A stretch of DNA of 64,000 bases from an uncultured Clostridia bacterium (GTDB lineage Bacteria; Bacillota; Clostridia; Christensenellales; CAG-314). Shown piece after piece: positions 1-10,057 of the stretch; within the stretch, counting starts at the first letter, position 1; each line of letters begins with the position of its first letter. The position numbers were made by a program, and so were the translations under genes. Under the pieces are notes generated by a model. It was not told where the DNA came from and made no database searches. It saw only the letters and a list, made by a program, of their open reading frames with translations. The stretch lies in assembly GCA_947630455.1 (NCBI GenBank), contig CANRHP010000003.1, positions 32,550 to 96,549 of the forward strand, given 5' to 3'.

Positions 1-307
1 AGCGCCATTGAGAAAGTTGCCATTGCGCCATTTTTTTTAACAAAAGGAACAAACAAGTTAACGACAAATTTTACAATAAAGAAAAATACATCACAGTCTC
101 TGATTACTATACAATATAAAAAAACAATTATTAATAGGAAAATATTTTAATAATAAGACAACATTCAACGCAACTTATCTCCTTACGCAACAAATGCAAA
201 CAAAAAGGTTATTTATGATAATCTTTTAATAGCTTTTCCATAATATAAATTTAAACGAATCCGGATTTTTTCATTCCGTCGGCAAAAAATTATTTATTTG
301 AAAAAAT

Positions 308-323
308 TGTTTCACGTGAAACA
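308..323. promoter_or_regulatory. parS: parS (ParB/Spo0J-binding palindrome), copy 1
   Basis: Exact 16-bp palindrome TGTTTCACGTGAAACA, matching the Firmicute parS consensus tGTTnCACGTGAAACa. Confidence 0.85.
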
Positions 324-603
324 AACTTAGTTACAATGTAAATAAAATAAAACGTCCGAGATATCCTTTGTTTTTTTTACGTTGTAAAACAGATTTGTTA
401 TAATTGATGCCAAATTATACTCAAAATTTATATATAAATAAAACGCAATCTTAACAATTTACCCTAATCTAAGTATAAATCCATAAAAAAACATTTTTCT
501 TGATCCTTTAATTTGAAAATGATTAAAAATATACAAAATTTCAACTCATACAAGAAACAATACAACCAGTAATGTTTATTGCTACATAAAATAAAAATAT
601 ATA

Positions 604-619
604 TGTTTCACGTGAAACA
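604..619. promoter_or_regulatory. parS: parS, copy 2
   Basis: Exact TGTTTCACGTGAAACA. The flanking sequence is unrelated to the other copies. Confidence 0.85.
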
Positions 620-1150
620 CTTTAAAAAACAAAGACATTAAATTAAATCACTAAATTTACCACAAATATGTTCGATTAAACAGCACTTTTTTTAACGATC
701 AGGAAATAAAACAAAAGCTAAAGAGTGGATGTCAAATATACAAGCAGCTTCTATTCTATGAAGCATGTGGAACAAGATACACTTCATTATCGAAGAATTC
801 CCAGCAAATAGTAAAAAAAATTTTTCAAGAGATCAAATCAAAGCCATATTTGAACTGCTTAAAAGAATATTTTATTTACAAAAAAATAAGAAAAATCAAA
901 CATTTTTAGTTGAAAAATTATGTTATAAAACCTGGTTGAAAGAGGCGTTCTGACAGAATTTTTGACATTAAAATTAAAAAATTTCCGGCCCAAAACAAAG
1001 CCATTCTGTTAAAATCGAGCAGTTTTTTGCCTATTTTATAGCAAATTAATTAATCGAATTGTAAGCTTCTTGATTTATTTGTTTAGTAAAAAACAAAGAC
1101 CGTCTTACAGTTCGTAAGAAAACGTAAATTCAATCTTGCCAAAGTTATTA

Positions 1151-1166
1151 TGTTTCACGTGAAACA
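1151..1166. promoter_or_regulatory. parS: parS, copy 3
   Basis: Exact TGTTTCACGTGAAACA. Confidence 0.85.
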
Positions 1167-1437
1167 GAAACAATAAAACAAAATCTTTTTTTTCATTTCA
1201 TATCCTCCATGTTGCTAACAAACCGATCAGAGGGGAAAATTAAATTTTGCCCAAATTAATTTCAAAGGAGACGAATGAACCTTTTTTTGCAAATCAAAAA
1301 TTATTTGTCATAGAATCGTGCGAATGGCAAGCAAATAGTAAGAAATTACCGATTAAATTATCAAATTTTAAAAACACGAACAACTATCTTCAACTGATAA
1401 AACAAAATATATTTTCAGCGTTTCTTCTATATTAGGG

Positions 1438-1453
1438 CGTTTCACGTGAAACA
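1438..1453. promoter_or_regulatory. parS: parS, copy 4 (15/16 match)
   Basis: CGTTTCACGTGAAACA. Only the outermost base differs from the other three copies. Confidence 0.75.
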
Positions 1454-1981
1454 AACGTTTTAATGGTGATATGTTTTCATCACAAGGAAAAGTCAATAGT
1501 GATCTGTTTTCTCTAAAAACGGTTGATTAATTTATTAAACCTAAATAGACGAGAAAATTATTAATGTACATAATAAAACCGACTTGTAAATCTTGGCATA
1601 TCTGTAAATAAGTTCCTTTTTTGACTTCATAGATATAAAGTTACCAATCCGCAATTTTTGCAGCAAAAAACCGGACGAAATTATAGAAAATCAAGATAAT
1701 AACGTACTTAAACATATCCTGTTTGTACAAATTTTTTTAAAAAACAGATTAATATTGCACAGTTCAACGATTTAACATACAATTATAGACCATTAAAGGT
1801 TGCTTTTTGTTTTATAAATGAACAGTGTTCATTATTGCAAAAACTAAAAATGAAAAATATTGAAAGAATAAAAACACTGTATAATCGGCGTGTACTAACT
1901 AAAATTGATATTATCAGATAAAACTGCGTTTGTTTAACAGAAACAAAGTTTAACATAAAAAATCATTAACCATCTATTCAC

Positions 1982-2016
1982 AAAAATTGCGACTTACACA
2001 ACATTGAGCAAGTCGC
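1982..2016 (-). terminator. Rho-independent terminator downstream of parB
   Basis: Stem GCGACTT (1989-1995) pairs with AAGTCGC (2010-2016). A T-run follows on the minus strand (AAAAATT on the plus strand, 1982-1988). Confidence 0.6.
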
Positions 2017-2063
2017 AGCTTAAATAAATACTTGGAGTGAAAAATTCTTTTACGAGTTTACAA

Positions 2064-2984
2064 CTACTCGCTGTCTTTACGAAACTTATCGCTCATCCAA
2101 TCCTCCACCATATTACAAATACGATCCAAGTCGTCCGCCGTAAAATAATCAATATATATACGTCCCTTTCTGCCGTTACCAATGGCGGATACCTTTGTAG
2201 CAAAGGCACGCTGCATGTTTGAAACAAGATTAACGAGCTCTTTACTGTCCTGAATAGACGGCTTCGGTTTGTCCGGTTTGGGATTCAAAAACTCTCGAAC
2301 CATTTTTTCCATTTCACGAACGGTCAATTGGTTGTCACAACCTTTTAACGCCAATTTATACTGCTGCTCGCTTGGAACAACAACCAAAGTACGTGCGTGT
2401 CCGGCAGATAAGCGACCTTGCTCAATGAGAGAAATAACGTCATCATTCAAAGTCAACAAACGCAGCGTGTTTGCAACAGCGGATCGACTTTTTCCTATAC
2501 GGTCTGCTGCAACTTCTTGAGTCATGTTAAATTCTGTCATCAAAGTCTTGATAGCGCGTGCCGCCTCAATAGGAGACAAATCTTCACGCTGCAGGTTTTC
2601 TATAAGACTGATTTCCTTGATCTGCTGCGGCGTATAATGACGAATAATGGCGGGTATATCTGTTTGAAGCGCCATTTTGCTTGCGCGAAAACGACGCTCA
2701 CCCGCAATGATCATAAAACGTTTGCCTATAGGCGTTACAACTATGGGCTGAATTACTCCGTGAACTTTTATACTGTCTGCCAGCTCTTTCAAGGCGGCCT
2801 CGTCAAACTTTTTGCGAGGCTGCTCATAGTTAGGATCAATATCGGACAACGCAATCCGTACAACATTGTCCGATTGCTCGGCAGCAGAAGATTCCTGTAC
2901 ACGAGCCGGTTGAGATGGAAACTCGTCAATTGTATTTGAACCCAACAAAGAGGCAAGCCCTCTTCCTAATCCTTTGTTAGCCAT
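2064..2984 (-). CDS. parB: Chromosome partitioning protein ParB/Spo0J
   Basis: N-terminus MANKGLGRGLASLLG, the ParB box IIAGERRFRAS and an HTH segment. Start moved to ATG 2984, which follows GGAGGAG. It overlaps the parA stop by 8 nt. Confidence 0.95.
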   Translation of the reverse strand: MANKGLGRGLASLLGSNTIDEFPSQPARVQESSAAEQSDNVVRIALSDIDPNYEQPRKKFDEAALKELADSIKVHGVIQPIVVTPIGKRFMIIAGERRFRASKMALQTDIPAIIRHYTPQQIKEISLIENLQREDLSPIEAARAIKTLMTEFNMTQEVAADRIGKSRSAVANTLRLLTLNDDVISLIEQGRLSAGHARTLVVVPSEQQYKLALKGCDNQLTVREMEKMVREFLNPKPDKPKPSIQDSKELVNLVSNMQRAFATKVSAIGNGRKGRIYIDYFTADDLDRICNMVEDWMSDKFRKDSE

Positions 2985-3753
2985 TTGCTCTCTCCTCCCT
3001 TTCCAAAAATTGCTTTGCCAAAGCTTGATAAGCCAATGCGCCATTCGAGCGCGGAGCATGCAATACCACAGGAACACCGAAGCTGGGAGATTCCACGAGC
3101 TTGATATTGCGCGGCACGGGAACTGTGTATATCTTATTGCTGAAGTACTTGTATATTTCCGCAGTTACCTGCTTGGAAAGAGTAGTACGCATATCGTACA
3201 TAGTGAGCACAACGCCGTTGATCTCGATCTTAGGATTGAGACGCTGCTTTACAATTTTGAAGGTATTAAGCAGCTGCGTCACGCCTTCAAGAGCAAAAAA
3301 TTCGCTCTGAATAGGTATAATTACACTATCACAAGCCACCATAGCATTGAGCGTTAGAAGTCCAAGACTTGGAGGACAATCAATAAAAATGTAATCGAAA
3401 TCATTTTTAATGCCGGAAAGTGCTCGTTTCAAAGCGCTTTCTCGAGCGGGAATAGAAACAAGATCAACCTCCGCACCTGCCAAGTCACTGTTGCTGGGAA
3501 GAATCCACAAATTGTCAATGACCGTTTTCAAAACAACATCCCGTACAGAGCTGTCACCCATAAGCGCGTCATACACAGTTGCGTTCAAGGTGTTTTTTTC
3601 AATTCCGTAACCGCTCGTAGCATTGCCCTGCGGATCAAAATCTACAAGTAAAACCTTTTTTCCCGCCAATGCAACGTAAGCCGCCAAATTGATGGCAGTA
3701 GTAGTTTTACCTACTCCACCCTTTTGGTTTGAAAAAGCAATAATTTTCCCCAT
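2977..3753 (-). CDS. parA: ParA/Soj partitioning ATPase
   Basis: Deviant Walker A motif NQKGGVGKTTT, followed by VLLVDFDPQGNATSG. Translationally coupled to parB. Confidence 0.95.
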   Translation of the reverse strand: MGKIIAFSNQKGGVGKTTTAINLAAYVALAGKKVLLVDFDPQGNATSGYGIEKNTLNATVYDALMGDSSVRDVVLKTVIDNLWILPSNSDLAGAEVDLVSIPARESALKRALSGIKNDFDYIFIDCPPSLGLLTLNAMVACDSVIIPIQSEFFALEGVTQLLNTFKIVKQRLNPKIEINGVVLTMYDMRTTLSKQVTAEIYKYFSNKIYTVPVPRNIKLVESPSFGVPVVLHAPRSNGALAYQALAKQFLEREERANG

Positions 3754-3890
3754 AATTCACCTCTAAATAAGACAAAACTTTTGTTAGAAGGGTAATTCCT
3801 AATAATTGTACCGATACCTAAAATGACCGCAAATATATTTTTTTATATTATAACATAAAATTTGTTTAATTTCAACAATATATGCCTTTT

Positions 3891-3918
3891 TGTGAAACAA
3901 ATTTTTGCTTGTGAAACA
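3891..3918 (+). promoter_or_regulatory. Two direct TGTGAAACA half-parS-like repeats in the parA/mnmE divergent promoter region
   Basis: TGTGAAACA at 3891-3899 and 3910-3918 (19-bp period). GTGAAACA is the right half of the parS palindrome. Confidence 0.4.
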
Positions 3919-3983
3919 TGCGTAAAAAAGCAGTTGTCGGTTTCAAACCAAAGTGATACAATATTGATGTAAAGAGGTGAGAT

Positions 3984-5282
3984 ATGAACAAAACAATCGT
4001 AGCTTTGTCCACTGCAAGGGGACGCGCAGCAATCTCCGTTGTACGAATGAGCGGCGACAATTCAATAGAGATAGCTAAACAGTTTTTCCGTCCGTTTCCA
4101 CAAAAACCGAATTTACTAAAACTGGGAACGCTTACAACCTCACATTTTGATGAACATGCAATGTGCGTATATTTTGTTGCGCCACACTCTTATACGGGTG
4201 AAAACACGGTGGAATTTCACTGCCATGGCGGAACAGCCGTAGCGCAAGCAGTGATAGAAACTTGCCTGGAACACGGCGCGGTGATGGCACAAAACGGCGA
4301 ATTCAGCAAGCGTGCTTTTATTAACGGCAAGCAAAATCTGACAAATGCCGAGGGAATAATAGAAATGATAGACGCTGAGACCGCTTCGGCAGCTAAGGCG
4401 GGCGCCAACCTGCTGGAAAACAAGCTCGGCAAACGGATAGTGGCGCTGCAGGATACGCTTCTTGATATCGTATCGTCATGCGAAGCGGCGCTTGACTACC
4501 CTGAGGAGGATCTGGAGCTTCCCACAGTGGAAACGTCGAAACAGAAACTAACAGACATACTTTGTAAGATCAATGAACTCATTTCTACTGCAACATTGGG
4601 TAAAGTGGCAAAATACGGCATAGATGTAGCTATCGTCGGGAAACCGAACGTAGGCAAATCCAGTTTACTAAATGCGTTATTGGGCGTCGACAGGGCGATC
4701 GTATCAGACATTCAGGGTACAACACGGGATACGCTTACGGAAAGCGTAAACTACCGAGACATCCGTTTTAATTTCGTAGACACTGCTGGCATACGTGAAT
4801 CAAACAACGAAATAGAAATCGAAGGCATAAAAAGAGCCCGGAAAGCCGCGGATAGCGCAGATGTGGTTCTTCATGTCACCGATGACCCGACAGATCGTTC
4901 GGTATATCCTACAATTCGTCCTCAAGTGCGCATATACAACAAAAGCGATCTTTTCAAAAGTGAACCGTGTTGTGTAGACAGCCTGGTTGTTTCCGCAAAA
5001 TACGGCGATGTGGAAATAATCAAGGAAACGCTTTACGAAATGTTTAGCGCACAGGATATAGAAACAAGCGACTTATTGATAACCAACGAACGTCATCTCA
5101 GCTGTCTCAAACAGGCTAAGCTACAGCTAACCGAAGCCATTGCAGATTGCGACAAAACAACATTGGACGTAGTGGCAAATGAAATAAAACAGGTGTGGCA
5201 AACGCTCGGACAAATAACGGGCACTGACGCAAGCGAGGATGTGATCGACAGGATCTACAGTAAGTTCTGTTTGGGTAAATAG
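3984..5282 (+). CDS. mnmE: tRNA modification GTPase MnmE
   Basis: G1 motif GKPNVGKSSLLNAL, DTAGIR, and the C-terminal CLGK tetrapeptide typical of MnmE. SD AGAGGTG lies upstream. Confidence 0.95.
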   Translation: MNKTIVALSTARGRAAISVVRMSGDNSIEIAKQFFRPFPQKPNLLKLGTLTTSHFDEHAMCVYFVAPHSYTGENTVEFHCHGGTAVAQAVIETCLEHGAVMAQNGEFSKRAFINGKQNLTNAEGIIEMIDAETASAAKAGANLLENKLGKRIVALQDTLLDIVSSCEAALDYPEEDLELPTVETSKQKLTDILCKINELISTATLGKVAKYGIDVAIVGKPNVGKSSLLNALLGVDRAIVSDIQGTTRDTLTESVNYRDIRFNFVDTAGIRESNNEIEIEGIKRARKAADSADVVLHVTDDPTDRSVYPTIRPQVRIYNKSDLFKSEPCCVDSLVVSAKYGDVEIIKETLYEMFSAQDIETSDLLITNERHLSCLKQAKLQLTEAIADCDKTTLDVVANEIKQVWQTLGQITGTDASEDVIDRIYSKFCLGK

Positions 5283-5390
5283 TACAAAATTGACAATTAA
5301 GTTACGCAACTTACGTTGTTTAAGCTTTGATTTTAGCTAATCGTAAAATTATTATTCATTTCCGAAAAGTAAAAGGACGAATTCAGTTCG

Positions 5391-7253
5391 ATGACAAACA
5401 AAAATTACGACATTATAGTAATAGGAGCGGGACATGCCGGATGTGAGGCCGCACTTGCATCGGCGCGATTGGGATGCAATACTCTCATGCTTGCAACGAA
5501 CCTTGATACGGTAGCATATTTGGCATGCAATCCCAGCATTGGCGGCACGGCAAAGGGGCAGATCGTCAAAGAAATTGACGCGCTTGGAGGCGAAATGGCT
5601 ATAAATGCCGATAAAAGTCTGTTGCAAATGCGCATGCTTAACCGCGGGAAAGGTCCGGCGGTGTTTTCGCCTCGTGCGCAGGTGGATAAAAACGTCTACC
5701 ACATCAATATGAAACGCACCGTGGAGACTACTCCCAATCTACATCTCAGACAGGGCGAGGCAACGGCAATCGAAAGAAATCCCGACGGCAGTTTTTCTGT
5801 CGCTACGGCAGTTAAGCTTGTCTACAAAGCAAAAGCTGTCGTGCTTTGCTGCGGAGTGTACCTCAATTCACGTACTATTGTAGGCGATTGCGTCCGAAAC
5901 AGCGGACCAAACGGTTTTGCAAACGCAAAATATCTAACCGAAAGTCTGATTGAACTGGGCTTTAAAGTCAGTCGATTTAAAACAGGCACACCTGCGAGAG
6001 TCAAACTGGACTCCATCGATCTTACAAAAACCGTCGAACAAACAGGAGAAGCAGACGTTGCACCGTTTTCTTATGCAACTGACTCCATACCCGCCACAAA
6101 ACGCAGCTGCTATCTCACTTATTCCACTGCGGAGACAAAACGCATAATATCGGATAACAAGCAGCTTGCGCCTATCTACAACGGCTCCATAAACGGTGTT
6201 GGACCACGTTACTGTCCAAGTATAGAGGACAAAATAATTCGATTTGCCGATAAAGAGCGACATCAAATTTTTCTTGAACCGGAATCGGAGGAAACGGACG
6301 AGTTTTATGTACAAGGGGCTTCAAGCTCAATGCCGGCAAGCGTACAGGAACAAATTTACCACAGCATAGAAGGCTTGGAAAATGTAGAAATAATGCGCGA
6401 CGCCTACGCGATTGAGTACGATTGCATTGACGCAACACAGTTAGATGCAACGCTGATGGCAAAGCATATTCCCGGTATGTTTTTTGCCGGACAAATAAAC
6501 GGTACAAGCGGCTATGAAGAAGCGGCAGGTCAAGGTATCGTCGCCGGAATAAATGCCGAAAGGTATGTACATGGCAAAGCCCCCTTTACCTTGCGTCGCG
6601 ACAACAGCTATATCGGTGTGTTGATTGACGACATAACCACCAAAGAAAACACCGAACCATATCGAATGATGACCAGCCGAGCCGAACACCGACTAATATT
6701 GCGACAGGACAATGCCGATCTACGGCTTACCGAGTTAGGACGACAAATAGGCTTGGTGGATGACGCACGTTATGCAAAATATCTCCACAAAAAACATCAA
6801 ATTGAGCAATGCGAAAAACAACTTAAAGAAGTGGTATCACCTAAGCTGTACGGACCGCTGTTTGAACAAAAAAACGAGCCTGTAAGCGGAGCAGGCTTGA
6901 CGGTGGACGAAATTTTACGCCGCACCAATATCACCGCAAAGGATGTGCAGTCGCTGGGCTTTTTTGATGAAACGGATGATGACGCGCTGTACCAAATAGA
7001 ACTAAACTGCAAGTATCGCGGCTATATTGAAAAGGAAAAGGATGCGATAGAACAAGCCAACAAACTGGAAAATAAACCGTTGCCGAATGATATCGACTAC
7101 TCGAAAATTGACGGTTTACGTTTAGAAGCGCGTCAAAAGCTCAACAAAATACGTCCTCGAAATCTCGGTCAAGCGGGCAGAATTCTTGGAGTTTCTCCAG
7201 CGGATATACAAATACTTATTGTGTATCTTGCACAAAATATCCACAAACAATAA
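5391..7253 (+). CDS. mnmG: tRNA uridine 5-carboxymethylaminomethyl modification enzyme MnmG (GidA)
   Basis: FAD-binding motif YDIIVIGAGHAGCEAA. The 620-aa length is typical of GidA and the gene follows mnmE. Confidence 0.95.
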   Translation: MTNKNYDIIVIGAGHAGCEAALASARLGCNTLMLATNLDTVAYLACNPSIGGTAKGQIVKEIDALGGEMAINADKSLLQMRMLNRGKGPAVFSPRAQVDKNVYHINMKRTVETTPNLHLRQGEATAIERNPDGSFSVATAVKLVYKAKAVVLCCGVYLNSRTIVGDCVRNSGPNGFANAKYLTESLIELGFKVSRFKTGTPARVKLDSIDLTKTVEQTGEADVAPFSYATDSIPATKRSCYLTYSTAETKRIISDNKQLAPIYNGSINGVGPRYCPSIEDKIIRFADKERHQIFLEPESEETDEFYVQGASSSMPASVQEQIYHSIEGLENVEIMRDAYAIEYDCIDATQLDATLMAKHIPGMFFAGQINGTSGYEEAAGQGIVAGINAERYVHGKAPFTLRRDNSYIGVLIDDITTKENTEPYRMMTSRAEHRLILRQDNADLRLTELGRQIGLVDDARYAKYLHKKHQIEQCEKQLKEVVSPKLYGPLFEQKNEPVSGAGLTVDEILRRTNITAKDVQSLGFFDETDDDALYQIELNCKYRGYIEKEKDAIEQANKLENKPLPNDIDYSKIDGLRLEARQKLNKIRPRNLGQAGRILGVSPADIQILIVYLAQNIHKQ

Positions 7254-7303
7254 TGTACAACTAAGTCAATTAAAGTGTACAATAAAGATAATTAAAGCAT
7301 AAA

Positions 7304-7984
7304 ATGGAAACATCAGATAATATGAAAGACATAGATATCCACATTACTGAAGCGGTAAATGAAAAGCTTGATATCTACACCGATTTTCTCCTTTCCGAAA
7401 ACGAAAAATACAATCTAACCGCCATTACCGATCCAACGGAAATCAGAAACAAGCATTTTACAGACAGTATGTTGGGCGCCGTAGCTATACCGCAAGGCGC
7501 TTCCGTATGTGATATCGGATGCGGAGCCGGTTTTCCGTCCATTCCGCTCAAGCTTTTGCGCGATGATATCTCTATCACCTTGGTAGACAGTCTGAATAAG
7601 CGAGTGGAATTTTGCAAAACGTTGTGCTCGAAGCTGGTTATTGAAGCGCAATTTTTTCACGAGCGTGCAGAGGATTTTGCCCAAAACCATTCCGAGCAGT
7701 TTGATGTGGCTGTGGCACGAGCTGTTGCACCACTAAATATTTTGTTGGAATACACAGCGCAAATAGTCAAAATAAACGGCGCAGTAGTTGCTTACAAAAC
7801 GGATATGTCAGAGGCGGACGCAGCTGCAAACGCGAGTAAACTGCTTGGGCTATGCTTTGAGACTCACTACGACTTCACGCTCTACGACGGCAGCAGGCGT
7901 TCGATACTTGTGTTTCGCAAAAAGACGCACACGCCGAAGCGGTACCCGCGAGGACAAAACAAGCCGCGAAAGCAGCCTTTATAA
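7304..7984 (+). CDS. rsmG: 16S rRNA (guanine527-N7)-methyltransferase RsmG (GidB)
   Basis: NLTAITDP...HFTDS and the SAM motif DIGCGAGFPSIPL. Follows mnmG. The start could be 7304 or the ATG at 7322. Confidence 0.9.
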   Translation: METSDNMKDIDIHITEAVNEKLDIYTDFLLSENEKYNLTAITDPTEIRNKHFTDSMLGAVAIPQGASVCDIGCGAGFPSIPLKLLRDDISITLVDSLNKRVEFCKTLCSKLVIEAQFFHERAEDFAQNHSEQFDVAVARAVAPLNILLEYTAQIVKINGAVVAYKTDMSEADAAANASKLLGLCFETHYDFTLYDGSRRSILVFRKKTHTPKRYPRGQNKPRKQPL

Positions 7985-8431
7985 CAGCTATCAAATTGAA
8001 ACGGAATATATAAAGATAAAAGGCCCCTTTGCGATATATAATCGACAAAAACACAAAGAATACGACATTTACTTTCAAACAAATATATAATATCACACTA
8101 ATAAGAAAAATTTTTAATGTACGTGATTTATATTCGGTTTTTGGCAAGTACCATAGTCAACAGCAATTTATAACTAATCACAGATAATCTGGCCACAGAT
8201 TTTAACACGCTGTTCTGTTTTTAATATAACGGCTTCAGACGCGCTACGTTTTTTTTAGACACGCTGTAGTACCGTTGCTGCATAAAGCGTGTAATCAAAT
8301 TGCTCACTAAAACTACATCCTTGCAAAAAAACTCCGACATTTTACTGCTTCATCGAAGCGCAAATGCCGTAAATCAAATTGTTGTCTGTGCATCTACATA
8401 AGCAAAAGGTTCTGTATAAATCAAACAAATA

Positions 8432-8480
8432 CCCGTCTCCGATACGGCTGAAAAAATCAGTCGCAAGAGACGGGCTTTTT
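8432..8480. terminator. Hairpin with flanking T-runs on both strands (probable dnaN terminator, possibly bidirectional)
   Basis: CCCGTCTC (8432-8439) pairs with GAGACGGG (8467-8474), followed by CTTTTT. A T-rich run also follows on the minus strand. The loop is large (27 nt). Confidence 0.45.
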
Positions 8481-8547
8481 GTCTAAAAGCTTGTATGACC
8501 TGTCACACGCAACGCTGACACTATGCATGCTCTATGCGAAGCTGCCG

Positions 8548-9654
8548 TCATACGATTTGTTTTACGGGCAGTATGAAGTACAGCACTTCGTCGCTGTCCT
8601 TGATGGTTATGACGCAGCTATTGTGTTGAGCAAACTCCATCTTGATTGTTTCCGCGTCAATAACCTTCAGGCAGTCGTTGATATATTTGCTGTTGTAAGC
8701 ACAGCGTACATCCTTGCCAGTCAGGGAAATGGTTATATTTTCTTTGGCTGTGCCGTACTGGCTTGTAGAGGAGATATTCATATTGTATTCTTCGATATCC
8801 AACACAACAAGATTGTTTTTTTCACTGCGCGACATGATAGACGCCGTGCTCAAAGCCCGTTCGAATGTCGCCTTGTTGACGTAGAGCGTAGACAGGAAAT
8901 CTCTGGGTACAATGTTGTCGTATTTGATGTACTGCCCTGCAAGCAGGCGTGTAGACAGCTTGGTGTTTTCCATACAAATCAGCATATAGTTGTTTTCAAT
9001 AAACACCTTCAGTACATTGTCACTGTCATTAAGCAGCTTAGCCAATTCCGTAAGGCTTCTCGAAGGAATTGTAGCGGAAATATAGTCAACGCGTTCTTCC
9101 AGCACCTTTTTGCTCAAAGCAAAGCGGTACCCGTCGGTGGCTACAGCGGATAGGGTATATTCTTTTGCTTCAAAGTAAACACCCTTAAGCATCGGACGGC
9201 TGTCGTCTGTGGCAACCGAGAAAATCACATTGTTGATTATGGATTTGAGATTGCTTTCCTGAATGGCAAAATAATTGCTTCCGCCGATATTTTCCGTTTC
9301 GGGGTAGTCGTCTGCATCCAAAGTGCCTATGTTGCATTCGCTGCTGGCTGAGCATACAAGCAAGCGGTTGTCCTCTCCCATTTCAAGAGATATGTCGCTT
9401 CCGTTTTCCGCTATATTGCGGATATATTCACCGAAAATACGTCCCGGCACCAAAAATGCGCCTCCGACAATAACATTGGCGTCGATTGTGCGTTCGATAG
9501 CAAGATCCTTGTCCGTTGCATAAAGAGTCAATCTGTCATTTTCCGCGGTGATTTTGATACACTCCAATACGGGCGCGACATCCTTTACAGCCAAAGCTTT
9601 CATAACCTTACTTACCGCGTCGTTAAGGTCCAAGCTGTTTACGATAATCTTCAT
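8548..9654 (-). CDS. dnaN: DNA polymerase III beta sliding clamp
   Basis: MKIIVNSLDLNDAVSKV... with the three-domain length (368 aa). Start set at ATG 9654, after AAAGGAGAAAAC. Confidence 0.93.
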   Translation of the reverse strand: MKIIVNSLDLNDAVSKVMKALAVKDVAPVLECIKITAENDRLTLYATDKDLAIERTIDANVIVGGAFLVPGRIFGEYIRNIAENGSDISLEMGEDNRLLVCSASSECNIGTLDADDYPETENIGGSNYFAIQESNLKSIINNVIFSVATDDSRPMLKGVYFEAKEYTLSAVATDGYRFALSKKVLEERVDYISATIPSRSLTELAKLLNDSDNVLKVFIENNYMLICMENTKLSTRLLAGQYIKYDNIVPRDFLSTLYVNKATFERALSTASIMSRSEKNNLVVLDIEEYNMNISSTSQYGTAKENITISLTGKDVRCAYNSKYINDCLKVIDAETIKMEFAQHNSCVITIKDSDEVLYFILPVKQIV

Positions 9655-9866
9655 AAAAGTTTTCTCCTTTTGTTTTCGGGATGAGAACACTGTAATACCC
9701 TTCTTTGGGTAGTGGTGTTGTTAGTGTGTGTGAAATTGTGTACTACTTTTTGTTTTGAGAGGGCGAATCCCACATATTGACGGAAATTTCGTTACACAAC
9801 ACAACATATGGTGTTATGCCACAAATAAGCGTTGTGTACAAATCCTGTGTGCACACCATTGTTCGC

Positions 9867-9896
9867 TGTGGAAAAAATGTGTAAATGTTGTCCACA
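9867..9896. promoter_or_regulatory. Pair of DnaA-box-like 9-mers (candidate oriC core)
   Basis: TGTGGAAAA (9867-9875, complement TTTTCCACA) and TTGTCCACA (9888-9896) each match TTATCCACA at 8/9. A weaker TGTGTACAA lies at 9833-9841. A/T-rich DNA follows at 9901-10020. Confidence 0.4.
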
Positions 9897-10028
9897 GAGG
9901 TTTTGCAATCAAAATTTTCTCACTATATACAGCAATTATACAATATTTCCATAGAAATTGCAAGATATAAGTCACTACAAAAAAACTTTTATTTTGGCTA
10001 TGCTTCAGCCGCGACTAAAAGTTGAGTA

Positions 10029-10057
10029 TTGACAACGCCCGCATTTGCATTTATAAT
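10029..10057 (+). promoter_or_regulatory. Consensus sigma-A type promoter for deoD
   Basis: TTGACA (10029-10034), a 17-nt spacer, then TATAAT (10052-10057). Confidence 0.7.

Noticed and set aside
765-1435. Two 62-aa ORFs (765-953 and 1247-1435) inside the A/T-rich parS tract.
   Set aside because: Neither has a Shine-Dalgarno. The Lys/Asn/Phe-rich composition is what A-rich DNA yields by chance, and the parS-tract ORFs are the shortest class in the track. A 13-codon ORF with a good SD on the minus strand (ATG near 1193) reads straight into parS copy 3 and stops, so it is too short to call.
1-2063. The possibility that the A/T-rich tract is itself oriC.
   Set aside because: I found only 7/9 matches to TTATCCACA (for example TTTACCACA near 657 and TGTTCCACA complement near 767) and no clustered boxes. 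The dnaN-upstream spacer is a better candidate. This is not excluded without a GC-skew analysis.
7985-8431. About 450 bp of apparently non-coding DNA between the rsmG stop and the hairpin at 8432-8480.
   Set aside because: It has no SD-preceded ORF, no tRNA-like or riboswitch-like motif and no repeats that I could see. It could be a long 3' UTR or an sRNA, but nothing in the sequence supports a specific call.
8479-9153. A 224-aa plus-strand ORF overlapping dnaN.
   Set aside because: It is antisense to an unambiguous dnaN and has no recognisable motifs or SD.
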